DNA of 64,000 nt from Octopus bimaculoides (Eukaryota): contig NC_069000.1 in assembly GCF_001194135.2 (NCBI RefSeq), positions 25,238,643 through 25,302,642 on the forward strand, written 5' to 3'. Shown in pieces: positions 36,845 to 50,389 of the stretch. Every line of letters begins with the position of its first letter. Position 1 is the first letter of the stretch. The notes below the pieces were generated by a model. It made no database searches, was not told where the DNA came from, and was given only the letters and a program-made list of their open reading frames with translations. Position numbers and translations under genes: made by a program.

Positions 36845-39099
36845 AGTGTGTTCACGCGTGTTTATCTTTCTGATGCATTTTGGTCAATGATGCTAACATC
36901 GACAATAAATTGCTGTCTTAGAACAAGAATTACCTGCCTGGCAATTTTCTCACTCGCGTTGCACAGACACCTTGTGAGTCAAGGCGTCATAAGTGCAGCG
37001 GGAAACTTCTATATAGTCGATTGATCTGCTAAAAATAACTGCAAAATCTCACTCAAATCAAATGATACAGTTTTGGCAAAGAACACAATTGATAATGTAA
37101 TCCGAGATTCTCTGTACAAAGAAGACAATCATGGTAAGAATTCCTTTAATCATAAGCTTAGACTATCAAACTTATGATCAAAGCCTTCTAACCATGACCG
37201 AGGGCTAAGCAGAAGCCACTCACTGCAAACCAATAGCCAACGACACTGTTGTTCTCAATATGCAATATAACGTAATTTTAAGACTGCATTCCATAGGCTG
37301 AGAGTGTATCTCGTTACACAGCATTTGTAAAAGTCATTGACATTAGTTTCGTTGTAGTCGGGTACTGTTGATATTTTGCTGTTACAGAATAACCCCAGCT
37401 AAAGCTATGATCGAGCAGATATTTCGCCAAATGCATTTCAGCTGTAACTATCTTATCTCCACTTTTTTTTCATATTTATATGGCAGCTGATCTAGGATCA
37501 TATCAGCCAAAGTAGGCTTACCTTAAGAGAGTAAGGTGTAATTATTTTTTCGGACCACTGACATTGTAGGAAGAAATGTATCACCAAACCGGAAATATGC
37601 TCCGATATCGTCAAACTGGAATCTGGCCTGAATGCTTCTCACAAACTGGATTCCACTAAACACAGGGTGTTAAACCGAGCGATTAATTAAATCTACCACT
37701 CAAGAACTCGAAACTCAAAGAAAAATACGAGACCTCGTGTGTGGCTTTCGAATGATTCCGTTAATCCATCAACCTGGACTGGTACTTTATTTTATCAACT
37801 CCAAAAGTATTAAAGGCAAAGATATCTCGGAGGGATTTGAACCAACATTGCGGCGAACTGGAGTAAATTCTGTGGCATATTTTGTCCTACCTTCCAACAA
37901 CTCTCCTCGTTTACCACCAACTGAGTCAGTTTCGTTGTTATTTCTGGTAGGTCGTGCGTACATATGGATGTGCCTCTTTGATTAGCGATATTATTCTTGT
38001 TGACTTCCAGGTCAATCCTGATGGAGCAGACCAGTAATCAAAGCATTTCAGCCGTGACCATCTCGTCCTTTTATGCTGAAATATATTGTAAAAAACATAC
38101 AGAACATATGACTATGTCTTATATATATGGTGACGTTGTTGTTGATAATATTAATATTGTTATTTATGTAGATGTTGTGACTGTTCTTGCCACTCTACTG
38201 CCTCTGTGGGCGTTGTTATTGTTGTTATTATCTACATTACAGGACAAAACTTCTCATGTTATTTAGTTACTTCACTTTACGTTTTGAGGTTTAATTTGCA
38301 TTCAGGTGTCGAAAAAAAGAAAAATCAAACAAACCAAGAAAGGTGTCAATCATTTTGTGATGGAAGGAATGATTGATATATTCGACTATTCCTTTCCCTT
38401 CAAAATGTATAGACTGTGTCGATTCATACTTTCATACTTTCGAGAGTTGATAAAATAAGTAATATGCATATACTCAGGACGAATTTCTTTTCTCTCACAA
38501 AATGTCTGACCTTCAATCTCTGTCAAATAGTTTAATTCCACGACTTAATTTTGTAGACATTTTTTATAAATAAAGTTTATCTTTTCATAAAAAGGTCAAC
38601 TATTTCTAAATATGCAGATCTAATCTCACAAGCTCATAAATATGATTAAGAATATGCTAAAACATTGGTTTCTAACAAAAATTACAGCGGTGGAGGAGTA
38701 TAATTAATTCAATTTATGCGAGTAATGAACTGGCACGTCTTTACAATAGCTTCAGGAAGTTGAAAGGTAATGTTCACCCCAGTGAGATATGAACATAGAA
38801 AATAAAGGGAGCCAACTATATATCGGTTTCAAATTGTGGCACAAGGCTAGCAAGTTCGGGAGAGGGAAAGGAATAGTCGAATATATTAATCACTCCTCCA
38901 TCACAAAATGATTGGTACTTCTCTCTTTTTTTTTTCGACACCCGAAGGCCAATGAAATGCAAATTTAGTCCTTGAAACGTAAAGTGAAGTAACTAGATAA
39001 CGTGGGGAAATTTTGCCCTGTAATGTAGATAGTAACAGTAACAACAACACTCATAGAGGCAGTAGAGTCACAAGAACATTCACAACAACATTGGCCCAG

Positions 39100-39235
39100 T
39101 ATTCAACTGGTACTTATTTTACCAACTCCGAAAGGGTGAAATGCAAAGTCGACCTCGGCGGCATTTGAACTCAGAACGTAAAGACGGATGAAATGCCGCT
39201 AATCATTTTGCCCGACATGCTAACGATTCTGCCAA
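39100..39235 (-). mobile_element. SINE family B
   Basis: aaagtcgacctcggcggcatttgaactcagaacgtaaagacggatgaaatgccgc. Confidence 0.88.
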
Positions 39236-39701
39236 TATAATTGCCCTAATCATGTTCCCCTAATTATCATAATTTCAATAATTAAGATAACGGTTTCGAA
39301 GATAAAGGTAGAACGGCGAAGAAAATGCTTTGCAATATTTTGTTACGGTTCTTTGCAGTCTGAGTTCAAATCCCGTTTAGGTCAACTTTGCCTTGCAACC
39401 TTTCAGAATTTTTCTTTCTCTCTCTCTCTCTCTCTGGCTTATTATCAGCAAGGTTGCAGTATCGGGAAGGGCCATGTAAGGGTACTTATAACTCACACTC
39501 ACTAGAACTGGGGTAGGATTCAGTGAGGGGAAAGCTCTGTCTTCTCACGGGAAAACTGATATACCTTAAAACATTACTAGAACGAGGTATAAGCATAGCA
39601 CAGAATGAAAAAAGAAATAAAATATTGATATTAATAAATGAATAAAGAAAATCTGAGATAGATACATATAAAAAAAGTTGTAACATGCATCATCTGTTAC
39701 A

Positions 39702-39940
39702 TATAGTGTGGCTCAAAAGTAGGTTTACAGTTATTCAACTGTCCCTTTCACATTCATATATTAACAATTTAGATCTTAATTATAAAAAAATATGAAACCA
39801 TTATTCTATGCTAATTAAGTTAATTTTGTCAAGCTCCCTTTTCTGTTTGTAAGATAGAAATTTAAATGTAATAAAATGTTTTAAAATAAATTTAAAGTGG
39901 CTACGTGATAACTGTAAACCTACTTTTGGACCAGCTCGTA
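39702..39940. mobile_element. Tc1/mariner-type MITE
   Basis: TIR core caaaagtaggtttacagtt at both ends, flanked by TA. Confidence 0.82.
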
Positions 39941-41059
39941 CGTTCAAGAAGTATCCGACTTTTGGACATAAAAAAAAAAGCAATTTTGTACATTTCATAA
40001 ATTTTATTCAATCATCTTCAAAATACTCCACTTTGGAGTTCAGACACTTCTCCCAGCGGTTCTCCCACTGCTGGTAACGCCTGGGGAATACCTTTTCTGG
40101 AATGGTATACAGCTCCGCCGTCGCTTTACTCATAATTTCCTTTTGCTACTCAAATAGCTTTCCATCTGAAAATTTTAGTTTGGAGAAGAACCAGAAGTCA
40201 CACAGTGCCAAGTCGGGAGAGTAGGTAACTTGTCGAACAAGTGGTGTGTTGTTCTTGATCAGTGAATCTTGGATTATGCGGGCGGGATGAGGGGGAACAT
40301 TGTCATGGTGAAGTTGACAATTCTTCGTCGACCACATGTCCGGTCACTTTCGACGCACTGCATCACGAAGGTGACATATAACCTCCAGGTAATATCCCTT
40401 ATTGATTGGTTGGCTTTGTGGTACGTATTCATGATACACAATACCATGGGAGTCAAGCAAACAGGTCAACATTACCTTTCATTAACTGCAAACCTATCAT
40501 GCTCTTTTGAGCCTCGGTGATGACGGATGCTTTCATTGGGAGGACTTAAACTTGGTTCCCGGGTCGTAAACATGAACCCACGTCTCATCATCAGTGATGA
40601 TGGTCGTCGTGAAGTCTGGGTCATCGTTTGCACTGTCCAGCATGTCCTGAACGATTTCAATCGACTTCTCGTTTCGGCTTGTGTTTAGCTTGCATGAGCG
40701 TGCCTCGCTTTCCACTGAGGTGTGGCCATATTTGAAGTGGTTGATCTTTGATCTGAATTTTACCCACAACATCATCGCCAAAGGCCTACTGAATCTTCTG
40801 GATGGCTTGAGTTTGAGTATCGGGTTTTTGGCAAAACTTGATGCTATATCTCTGCTCGACGGGTTCGGTCATCTTATGTGAGCACGAAAATCCGATGAGT
40901 GCGGACTACACGGATGTACACTAGGCATAACAGTTGGGGACTGAAGCGGCCTACCGGACAGGAAGAGTGGCGTCACATCTTATGCAAAGGTTTTTGCCCA
41001 CGCTGCATTAGTTTTGGCGGGAAGAAATAAAGTCGGATACTTTTTGAACACACCTCGTG
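39939..41059 (-). mobile_element. Mariner, both TIRs present, internally deleted and decayed transposase
   Basis: TIR gttcaaaaagtatccgacttt at both ends; IITDDETWVHVYDPGTK, LHHDNVPPH, YSPDLALCDFWFFSKLK. Confidence 0.93.
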
Positions 41060-42069
41060 TGTTTGTTTTTTCAGATGGTGGATACTGCCGCAAATAGAGT
41101 GCGCACGCACGCACACGTGCACATGCATACGCACACACGTACCCCACATATTCATGTGTGTGGATGTATGTATATGTATATACATGTACGTATATGATTA
41201 TATCTATATTTATTTATATTGTATATGTGTGCCTGCCTATATATATATATATATATNNNNNNNNNNNNNNNNNNNNNNNNNNNNNNNNNNNNNNNNNNNN
41301 NNNNNNNNNNNNNNNNNNNNNNNNNNNNNNNNNNNNNNNNNNNNNNNNNNNNNNNNNNNNNNNNNNNNNNNNNNNNNNNNNNNNNNNNNNNNNNNNNNNN
41401 NNNNNNNNNNNNNNNNNNNNNNNNNNNNNNNNNNNNNNNNNNNNNNNNNNNNNNNNNNNNNNNNNNNNNNNNNNNNNNNNNNNNNNNNNNNNNNNNNNNN
41501 NNNNNNNNNNNNNNNNNNNNNNNNNNNNNNNNNNNNNNNNNNNNNNNNNNNNNNNNNNNNNNNNNNNNNNNNNNNNNNNNNNNNNNNNNNNNNNNNNNNN
41601 NNNNNNNNNNNNNNNNNNNNNNNNNNNNNNNNNNNNNNNNNNNNNNNNNNNNNNNNNNNNNNNNNNNNNNNNNNNNNNNNNNNNNNNNNNNNNNNNNNNN
41701 NNNNNNNNNNNNNNNNNNNNNNNNNNNNNNNNNNNNNNNNNNNNNNNNNNNNNNNNNNNNNNNNNNNNNNNNNNNNNNNNNNNNNNNNNNNNNNNNNNNN
41801 NNNNNNNNNNNNNNNNNNNNNNNNNNNNNNNNNNNNNNNNNNNNNNNNNNNNNNNNNNNNNNNNNNNNNNNNNNNNNNNNNNNNNNNNNNNNNNNNNNNA
41901 GCCTCATCTTTTGAAATAATTCTTTAAAATATCTGTCTATAATATCGATATCTACACTACATCACGGTCAGGTCAGTTTGATCATCGATTGATACCAGGT
42001 ATTTAATTTTACATGTTTACACTTTTATCGCCTTCAAAGTATTCTCCAACTGAAGCAGTGTATCGGTCC

Positions 42070-42350
42070 TGGCGTGTTTTTCCCTATTCGAAACGGTGCT
42101 GGAACTCTCGTGAAGTGTTCCTAAAACGTAGACACCACTCGTAAACTTTTGTTTTGCTCATGGCAGCGTCCTTATAAGCTGTCCGAAGTGTGACAACCGT
42201 TTCGGTCACCGTTTTCCCCAGCAGAAAACAGAATTTCACGGAAGCACGCTGTTCGTTGGTTTCAGCCATCGCAAACATCGATGAACAGGGAGAAGCACAG
42301 CAAAAAAGACTGATGCCTGAGGTTCGCATCAAGTGGCTTATAGAGGCTTG
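42070..42350 (-). mobile_element. Mariner N-terminal fragment
   Basis: MAETNEQRASVKFCFLLGKTVTETVVTLRTAYKDAAMSKTKVYEWCLRF. Confidence 0.93.
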
Positions 42351-43269
42351 TCCCACATTACCGTTATAACTCGTTGAGGAGCCTTTTTAAGGTATTGCCA
42401 TGACGACAACCATAATCTCAAGTATTATGGTTTCTTTGATAACCTTAGTTTTGATATTCTCTTCCAAAAGGCTAATAAAAATCGTTTCAGTTGTTTACTC
42501 ATCAACGAACTTCAAGCCATATTCAGCTACCTATTTATTTGGTAGAATTTCTGGGATACATTCGGATATTTCCAGAAATAACTTCTATCTGAGTGTTTCA
42601 TAACAAATTCCAATTTCATAGCTCTAGAATGGATTCGAACCCCAAAGCTAGCAAGGAACTTAAAATACATATGTAAACGCTTAAAAAAGTAAAGGTTTAC
42701 TTTTGAAGTCCAGTCTCATCATATCTGTAGATCTCAGAAATATGACCTCTAATGACAATTGGTGATTTATATTTAGTGCTGATGTGTTTGAAATAAAAGA
42801 TGCCGTTTCTAAAGATGAAGTTAATATTTCGAAAAAATTATTATCCCGACTTAAATTATTTTGTGAATCACTTGACAAGTAAATCTAATTCAGATGTGAT
42901 CTCTCTGAATTTAGTTGAAATGTTTTGCCCAATGTGATGTAAAAGTGTTGGCAGAGCTTCGTATAATATAACTGATTCAGTGAAAGAAGATACATGATTT
43001 TTGTCCCGTTAAATTTTGCTCTTGTTACTGAAATAGCATTTGGAGTATGATACTGAATTTCAAATCAAGTCGCGAATCTCTATATAGTCTCTCTATTCGC
43101 TAGAACTAGCAAGCAAACTTCCTGCAGTTCGTACCATGATACAGTAGTTCTAGTAGTGGTATTGTTAAAAACAGAAGATCGTAAGTCAAGTGCCTGTCTG
43201 TTGAATTAACGTTTCGCGTGTGGTGAAGTAACATACACAAACACTTACATACATACATATATATATATA

Positions 43270-43490
43270 TGTGTATGTGTGTGTCTTTGAGTCTGTGTTT
43301 GTCCCCCTATCACCGCTTGACAACCGATGTTGGTGCGTTTACGTCTCCGTATCTTAGTTCCTTAGAAGAGACTGATAGATTAAGTACTAGGCTTAAAAAA
43401 TAAGTCCTGGGATCGATTTATTCGACTAAATCTTTCGAGATGGTGCTCCAGTATGGTCACAGTCAAATGACTGAAACAAGTAAAAGAATA
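43270..43490 (+). mobile_element. SINE family A 3' module
   Basis: ttgacaaccgatgttggtgcgtttacgtc...gtgctccagtatggtcacagtcaaatgactgaaacaagtaaaag. Confidence 0.85.
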
Positions 43491-43550
43491 AAAGAATTGA
43501 TCTCTGTCAGTCTCTCTGTTCGTCCGTCTGTCTGTCTGGCTGTCTGGCTA

Positions 43551-43607
<57 letters not shown>

Positions 43608-44479
43608 TTATCTTGTCAGAATATTATTTCGCAAATTAATTCTAAATATGAAAATAGTTGTGTTCGAAAATTTATACCTACAGTAATATGTGTGTCAGTG
43701 GCGAGGACCAATATGTGTGTCACTGGCGAGGACACAACAAGCATTCTAGTGTTTAATAGAACATTGCAACTTTCTCTGCATATGGGAAAAGATACACACA
43801 CGCGCATGCATGCGCGCGCGCACACACACACACACACACNNNNNNNNNNNNNNNNNNNNNNNNNNNNNNNNNNNNNNNNNNNNNNNNNNNNNNNNNNNNN
43901 NNNNNNNNNNNNNNNNNNNNNNNNNNNNNNNNNNNNNNNNNNNNNNNNNNNNNNNNNNNNNNNNNNNNNNNNNNNNNNNNNNNNNNNNNNNNNNNNNNNN
44001 NNNNNNNNNNNNNNNNNNNNNNNNNNNNNNNNNNNNNNNNNNNNNNNNNNNNNNNNNNNNNNNNNNNNNNNNNNNNNNNNNNNNNNNNNNNNNNNNNNNN
44101 NNNNNNNNNNNNNNNNNNNNNNNNNNNNNNNNNNNNNNNNNNNNNNNNNNNNNNNNNNNNNNNNNNNNNNNNNNNNNNNNNNNNNNNNNNNNNNNNNNNN
44201 NNNNNNNNNNNNNNNNNNNNNNNNNNNNNNNNNNNNNNNNNNNNNNNNNNNTGTTTAAGTATGTTTTGGATAACGTTAATCGGCATCATCGAACCAAATT
44301 TGTGTTTGGTATTTTATTTTATCAACCTCGAAAGGATGAAAAGCAAGGTTGACCTTGGTAGGATTTGAACTTAACATGAAGAGCTAGAAGGAATGCCGCA
44401 AAGTATGTTTTCTAACAGTTTAATGGTTCCACTAACTTTCTGCCTCATCGAGTTTGAGATGATAATGGTGATGATGATG

Positions 44480-44528
<49 letters not shown>

Positions 44529-44529
44529 T

Positions 44530-44965
44530 AATACTTTCCTCTTCAAACGGACAAGAAGTTAGAAAATAATAGACAAAATATTACAATATTAGACAAGGAA
44601 AAGCGAAGTTGCTTACTTACTGACCCATTATGCACGTTTGATTCCAGGATCGTAAAAGAGAGGGAGAAAAACAAAGAAAACACTATCCTTTAAAATCTGA
44701 GATAGGAATAATTTGGAGCATGCGAGCAGTAAAGGATGTGTCTATAGTAATTGGTGCACTGGGAACAGTAAGCCATAGCCAAATGGGTGAAGGAGACTGA
44801 AACAATGCCTGGTAGAGCTCCTACAGAAAGTTTGCCTCTTAGGGACAGCAAGGATTATCAGGAGGTTCTAAGAATTTGAAAGACTGTCAAAAGACTGTTA
44901 CAGGTAGTGACCGGCAACCACATAAATCCTACCAGGAATAAGACCAAACGCGAGCTTTGTTTCTA
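44530..44965 (+). mobile_element. RLE LINE 3' fragment between two (AAT)n tracts
   Basis: IVIGALGTV...LQKVCLLGTARIIRRF; AAT tracts at 44480-44530 and 44968-45030. Confidence 0.8.
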
Positions 44966-44969
44966 TTAT

Positions 44970-45031
<62 letters not shown>

Positions 45032-45119
45032 GTCGTTCCAGTTAACACGATTTTTTGCACTTCCTGTAGGGATGGTAAGCCTGGTATCATTTTCAAATAG
45101 GTTTCGGTACCATTTTTTT

Positions 45120-45265
45120 TATCATTCCTAGAGATCCTACAATCACTAGTACGCTAGTCGCCTTGAGGTGTCACATTTTTTCAATTTCTATTAGCAAGTC
45201 TTTATATTTACTGATCTTGTCAAATTCTTTCGCCGCTATATTATGATCACAGGGAATACTCATGT
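45120..45265 (-). mobile_element. RLE LINE endonuclease fragment
   Basis: IDMSIPCDHNIAAKEFDKISKYKDLLIEIEKM. Confidence 0.82.
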
Positions 45266-45280
45266 CAATAATAATAATAA

Positions 45281-47670
45281 TTATCATTATTATTTCATTT
45301 ATTGGCCACCAGGGACGACATATAGGGAGACAATACAGTAGACGTGGACTGGGGATTTTACACACAATAACGAGTACACAATTAAAACAATAACAATAAT
45401 ATCAAACAAGAAGAATATAACAATGAAAGTTCCCCAATAAGCGATAACCACCTGGGGTTGGCTCAGGTACCCCACCAATCCTGAACAATTCGCCGCTTCG
45501 AGGGCATCCGCTTCGAGGGCACCCTTCTCCCTCTCAAATTTACAAGCCAATGAGGAATTGGCCGAAGAGAAAAGTCTCTGCCTTCAGTCCTTTCAACCTG
45601 GTCTACCATACAACCTCTTTCGCTACTGCTCTCAGACAGAAGAAAATTGCCTACTCTTCCGGACCAATGAAAGGTGGTGGATCGATCTTCACTATGGACT
45701 CGGTCGATAGCTGGATCCGTCCTACACGTGATAACAACTGTTCAACATAACTCCACAAGTCACTAATGCACGGACACTGGACGAGTTTCATCGCTCTGTG
45801 CGCATCTCGGGCAGGTTCATCTGACAGCACTTTCTTGCCCGTAAAGTTTATTTCTACAGTGCCCCCAGCCCCGATAGCACTACCAAGCAAGAGATTTCTG
45901 GAAGTTATCCATCGTCCCCGGCTCGAAAGTCCTGAAGAGATTGGTCAGTTCGACTTTGTCAACACCTAGCGCTTCTCCGAGTGTATCATCGCTCCTTCCC
46001 TTCACTAACCCTATATAGAACTCGAGAGTGGGTGTTTCACTGATCGCATTGCCTGACTGGTAGAGGGCAGAAGTGCCTGGCAATATTCCAGATGCCAGTC
46101 ACCCTGTCTCGGTCTCTTCTTGACTCAGGACTGCAGTTCAGTCAGGGAGACGAGCTGAGGAAGGGCCTGTTTGACAAACGGTGACCACACCTGTTCACTG
46201 TTCAGGCAGAATATCTGGAGACGCCGCAGCCTCAGAGCATGTCTGCGCATCATTAGCCACGGCATGCCCATCCCTCCGCGTAGAGGGTATTAGCAGCAGA
46301 TGGATCACCTCACCAACGGAACCTGTCCCCTCCACAAAAATTTGAAGTGGAGGCGCTCCAGCTTGGTGAGGTGCGAACGGGGGTAAAGCACGACGGTCAA
46401 GCGGTAGTAGATGACGGACGCGATGTACGCATTCGCCACCTCCGCCCGACTTTTCAGTGACAGCTTCTTCGCAGCCCATTTCTGGGTGAGACTGGCTAAC
46501 CTGCTCGTCACGTCGTCTCAATTTTCATCCACTTGGAGATCTGATCCGAACCAAGCAACTTTACCGGTGCGTCCGTCCAGCGCCCAACGACGCTGATGGA
46601 CGGCATGGACTTGCCTCTCCAGGTGCCGAGTTACAAGTCCACCGACTTTTCCGGGTTAAGTTTTGCTCCCTTTAACTTTTCATATTCCTCTCATGATGTG
46701 ACACCTCGATGGTGTCCGACACCATCACGGTGATGTCGTCCGCATAAGCCGACATAGCCCTTCAGCGTCCCGGTTCGAGCGGGATATCCTGTAGTAGCTC
46801 CAGCTTCAGCAGTAAAGGCTCAAGAGTCAATACGTACAGAAGGGAGGAGAGAAGGTTCTCTTGATGGACCGATCGTGAGATCTGAAACGGTTCCGAGAGG
46901 TGGCCATTAACTTTGACCACCGAGCAGATACTGCTGTGCATTGCAGCGATTCAACCTCTGAAGACGGGGCCGAAGCCAGTCACTTTGAGGTCAGCTTCCA
47001 GGTACCGATTGTCGATCCTATTGAATGCTTTCAATTGATTTAAATGGATCAGCACTCCAGCTTTACACCCTACACTTTCTATGATGTATCGCACGAGGTG
47101 GAGGTTGTCGTGTATGGATCTGGTCAGGATTGCGCCTCCCCAACCAAATCCTCGACGACAAGCGCCAACCTCATCGCTAACACATTGGCCAAAATCTTAA
47201 ACTCTGTGTTAAGCAGAGTTATGAGCCTGAAGTTATCTAACGTGTCCCTCTTGTTTTCACCTTTCCTTATCAGCGTCACTACTCAGATCTGGTAATACAC
47301 CCATTTTGCTGCCAGCTGCAGTAGAGCGTTTCGAGGAGATCGGAGAACAAATCTGGCATATTTACGTAAAGCTCGTAGGGCAGACCATCTAAACCGGGTG
47401 ACTTGCGCCTCGTGCAGCCGACAAGGGCATCCTGAATTTCGGCTAAAGTTATCTGTCTTTCACAGCACTCAGCGTCAGCCGTCGAGGTAGGGACTGAAGT
47501 CCGCCACCGTCTCTGCCTCGCCAAAATGCTGGCGAAAGGAATTGCTCAGCTCGTGTCGGTCTCGGTCTGTCAAAGATTGAGTTGTGGTTTTATTATCACG
47601 CTGCACCTTCACCATGCGGGCCCATCAAACAGATTTGATCCCCTTGTTTCTTAGATCACGCGCCTTAACC
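45281..47670 (-). mobile_element. Tx1/L1-clade LINE, RT to 3' end with AATAAA and (AAT)n tail
   Basis: ITLAEIQDALVGCTRRKSPGLDGLPYELY; FRPITLLNTEFKILA-like; AYADDIT; AAKKLSLKSRAEVANAYIASVIYYRL; polyA signal at 45298-45303. Confidence 0.93.
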
Positions 47671-49005
47671 AGATGGCATTAAAATCATTGAAATGGGGAG
47701 AGAGTTATAAGTATCTAGGAGTATTAGAATCTAACAGAGTTCTAACTATAGAAATGAAAACGAAAATCGAGGAGTACATCAAAAGGGTGAGGAAGCTAAT
47801 GAAGTTAAAGCTAAATGGTCCGAATCTAGTGAAGTCTGCAAATACTTGGGCAGTATTATTACTTAGGTACTTAGCAACTTTTGTAGATGGACAAAAACTG
47901 AATTAGCAAAGCTAGACAGAAGAACTAGGAAGGAATTCAACATGAATGGAAGACTCCACTCAAGGGCAGGAGTAGCAAGATTATACTTACCTAGAAAGAA
48001 TGGCAGAAGAGGGTTAATATCAGTGGAAGACTGCGTGGAGTTAGCTTGAGTAGATATAGACTCCTATGTAGGTAAGAGTTTATTAATAGCTGCTAGAGTC
48101 ATAGCAAAACATAGGGAAACCAAAAACACAAAGGAAGTTAAAAACTAGAAAAAAGAGCAGAAATTATCTGACTGGCAGGAGAAGGCATTGCATGGTAGAT
48201 TCCTAAAGATAGTTGCAGCAAATAGTAGCAGTGAGATATGGTTATGATTGTAGAAAAGAAGGCCGAAAAGGGAGACAGAAAGTTTGTTATTAGCAGCACA
48301 AGATCAAGCCATAAGGACTAATTGAATAAAAGCCAAGATAGACAAAAACCAAGTAGATTCCCAATGTAGATTATACAAATCAAAAGCGGAAAGCGTTACT
48401 CATGTAGTAAGTGAATGTGGCATGCTGGCACAGAAAGAATACAAAAAAGACATAACTATGTACGGAGAGTAATTCACTGGAGAGTTGTGTAGAAAGCTAG
48501 GATTTGAATATACTAGTAAATGGTATGAACATGAACCTGGTAAAGTACTAGAAAGTAAGAAATACAAGATGTTGTGGGACTTTAACATTCAGACTGACTG
48601 AGTAATAGAAGCTAGAAGGCTTGATTTGATTTAGTCGTAGAATAGAAAGAATGCTACATAAAATAGAAAGTGCTACATAATTGACTTAACAGTCTCAAAT
48701 TATGAAAAAATCAATATGAAGGGTATTGAAAAAATAGCAAAGGACTAGAACCTAGCCATTGAATAACAGAGACTATGGAATATGCGGGTAAAATGTATCC
48801 AAGTAGTTACAGGTGCACTGGGAACTATCCCTAAAAATTTGAATAGAGGGATAGAGGAAATAAGCATGAAACCCAATTTAGTACAACTCCAGAAAACAGT
48901 GTTATTAGGGACAGCCAGGATACTTAGGAGGATTCTTGGCATTTAAGGTTACTTGTTGTAGCCCGATGTCAGAGTTTCTTTCTTTTCCAACAGTCTAATC
49001 TGTTG
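47671..49005 (+). mobile_element. R4/Dong-like RLE LINE, late RT to 3' end
   Basis: YKYLGVLE...NLVKSANTWAV; ETESLLLAAQDQAIRTN; HVVSECGMLAQKEYKKRH; LQKTVLLGTARILRRILGI*. Confidence 0.92.
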
Positions 49006-49007
49006 TG

Positions 49008-49072
<65 letters not shown>

Positions 49073-49120
49073 TGATGATGATAATAATATTAATGATAAC
49101 AACAACAACAACAACAACAA

Positions 49121-50250
49121 GTGTATGAACTTATTTGGTATTGCATCGAATGTTGAGCGAGTGCTTGGAAAGAGTATGGCGAATTGGAGGACGGACCTAA
49201 TATTGATTGTGAGAAAAGCAAAAGCTGGGTATGTATTCAAAAGCCGCCAGCAAAACGTCAACCATTTGTTATTCATGGATGACCTCAAACTTTATGGTAC
49301 AGATGAAACCCAAGTCAGTTCCCTCGTTGATACGGTGAATACCTTCAGTGCTGATATCAGAATGGAGTTTGGACTGAGAAAGTGTCGTGTGTTAATCTTG
49401 AAGAGAGGCAAAATCAAATGCATGGACGGGCTAACGATACCGTCGGGGGAGGTTATGAAGCGGATAGAAGAGACGAGCTATAAGTACTTGGGGATTTTGG
49501 AAATGGATAAATTGATGGAGAAAGAAATGACAAAAAAAAATTAAGGTGGAGTACTTGCGCAGACAGAGTCTGATCCTTAAGTCGAAATTAAATGGAGGGA
49601 ATAAGATCAAAGCTATCAACACCTTAGATAAGGAGCAGGGGTAATCACATGGACAGTAGACGAACTAAACAGCTTAGACAGAAAGACAAGAAAGTTAATA
49701 ACTAGATATGGGTCACTCCACCCGAAAAGTGACATAGACAGACTGTATGTACCATGAAAAAGAGGGGGAAGAGCAAAAGAAAACAACATAGCATGGTATG
49801 TAAAAAAAGAATACAAGCTCCGCCACAATAAAGTGTGTGTGTATCTTCATTGGCCTTATGCCGCAAATACTAATATGAAATAACAGATAACTGGTATGAG
49901 CATGTACCAAATAAAGTTATGCAGGAAGATGGAAAACTAACGATACTATGGGACTATGATTTTCAGAGAGATCGTGTAATTGAATACCGTCGGCCAGATA
50001 TTGTCATATTGAATAAGAGAGATAAATACTGTCAGATCATTGATGTAGCCATACCAAATGATATGAATGCTGTGAGTAAAGAGATTGAGAAAATCACCAA
50101 TCAAATCACCAATCAAAACTTCTTAAGGCAACTGGAAATCCCATGCAAGATTGATGTCTTGCAAAAAGCAGCCTTATTGGGCACAGCGCACATCTCAAGG
50201 AAAGTATTATCTGTTTGAGGTCCTTGTTGTAACTTGACAGAGAGAAATAA
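49121..50250 (+). mobile_element. R4/Dong-like RLE LINE, RT to 3' end with internal deletions
   Basis: VNHLLFMDDLKLYG...MEFGLRKC; YRRPDIVIL...IIDVAIP; LQKAALLGTAHISRKVLSV*. Confidence 0.93.
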
Positions 50251-50267
50251 TAATGATGATGATGATG

Positions 50268-50358
<91 letters not shown>

Positions 50359-50389
50359 TGACAAAGAGAAATAATAATGATACTAATAA

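Noticed and set aside
42400-43100. Possible exon on minus (ILYEALPTLLHHIGQNISTKFREITSELDLL)
   Set aside because: Weak splice signals, frequent stops in flanking frames and no recognisable homology.
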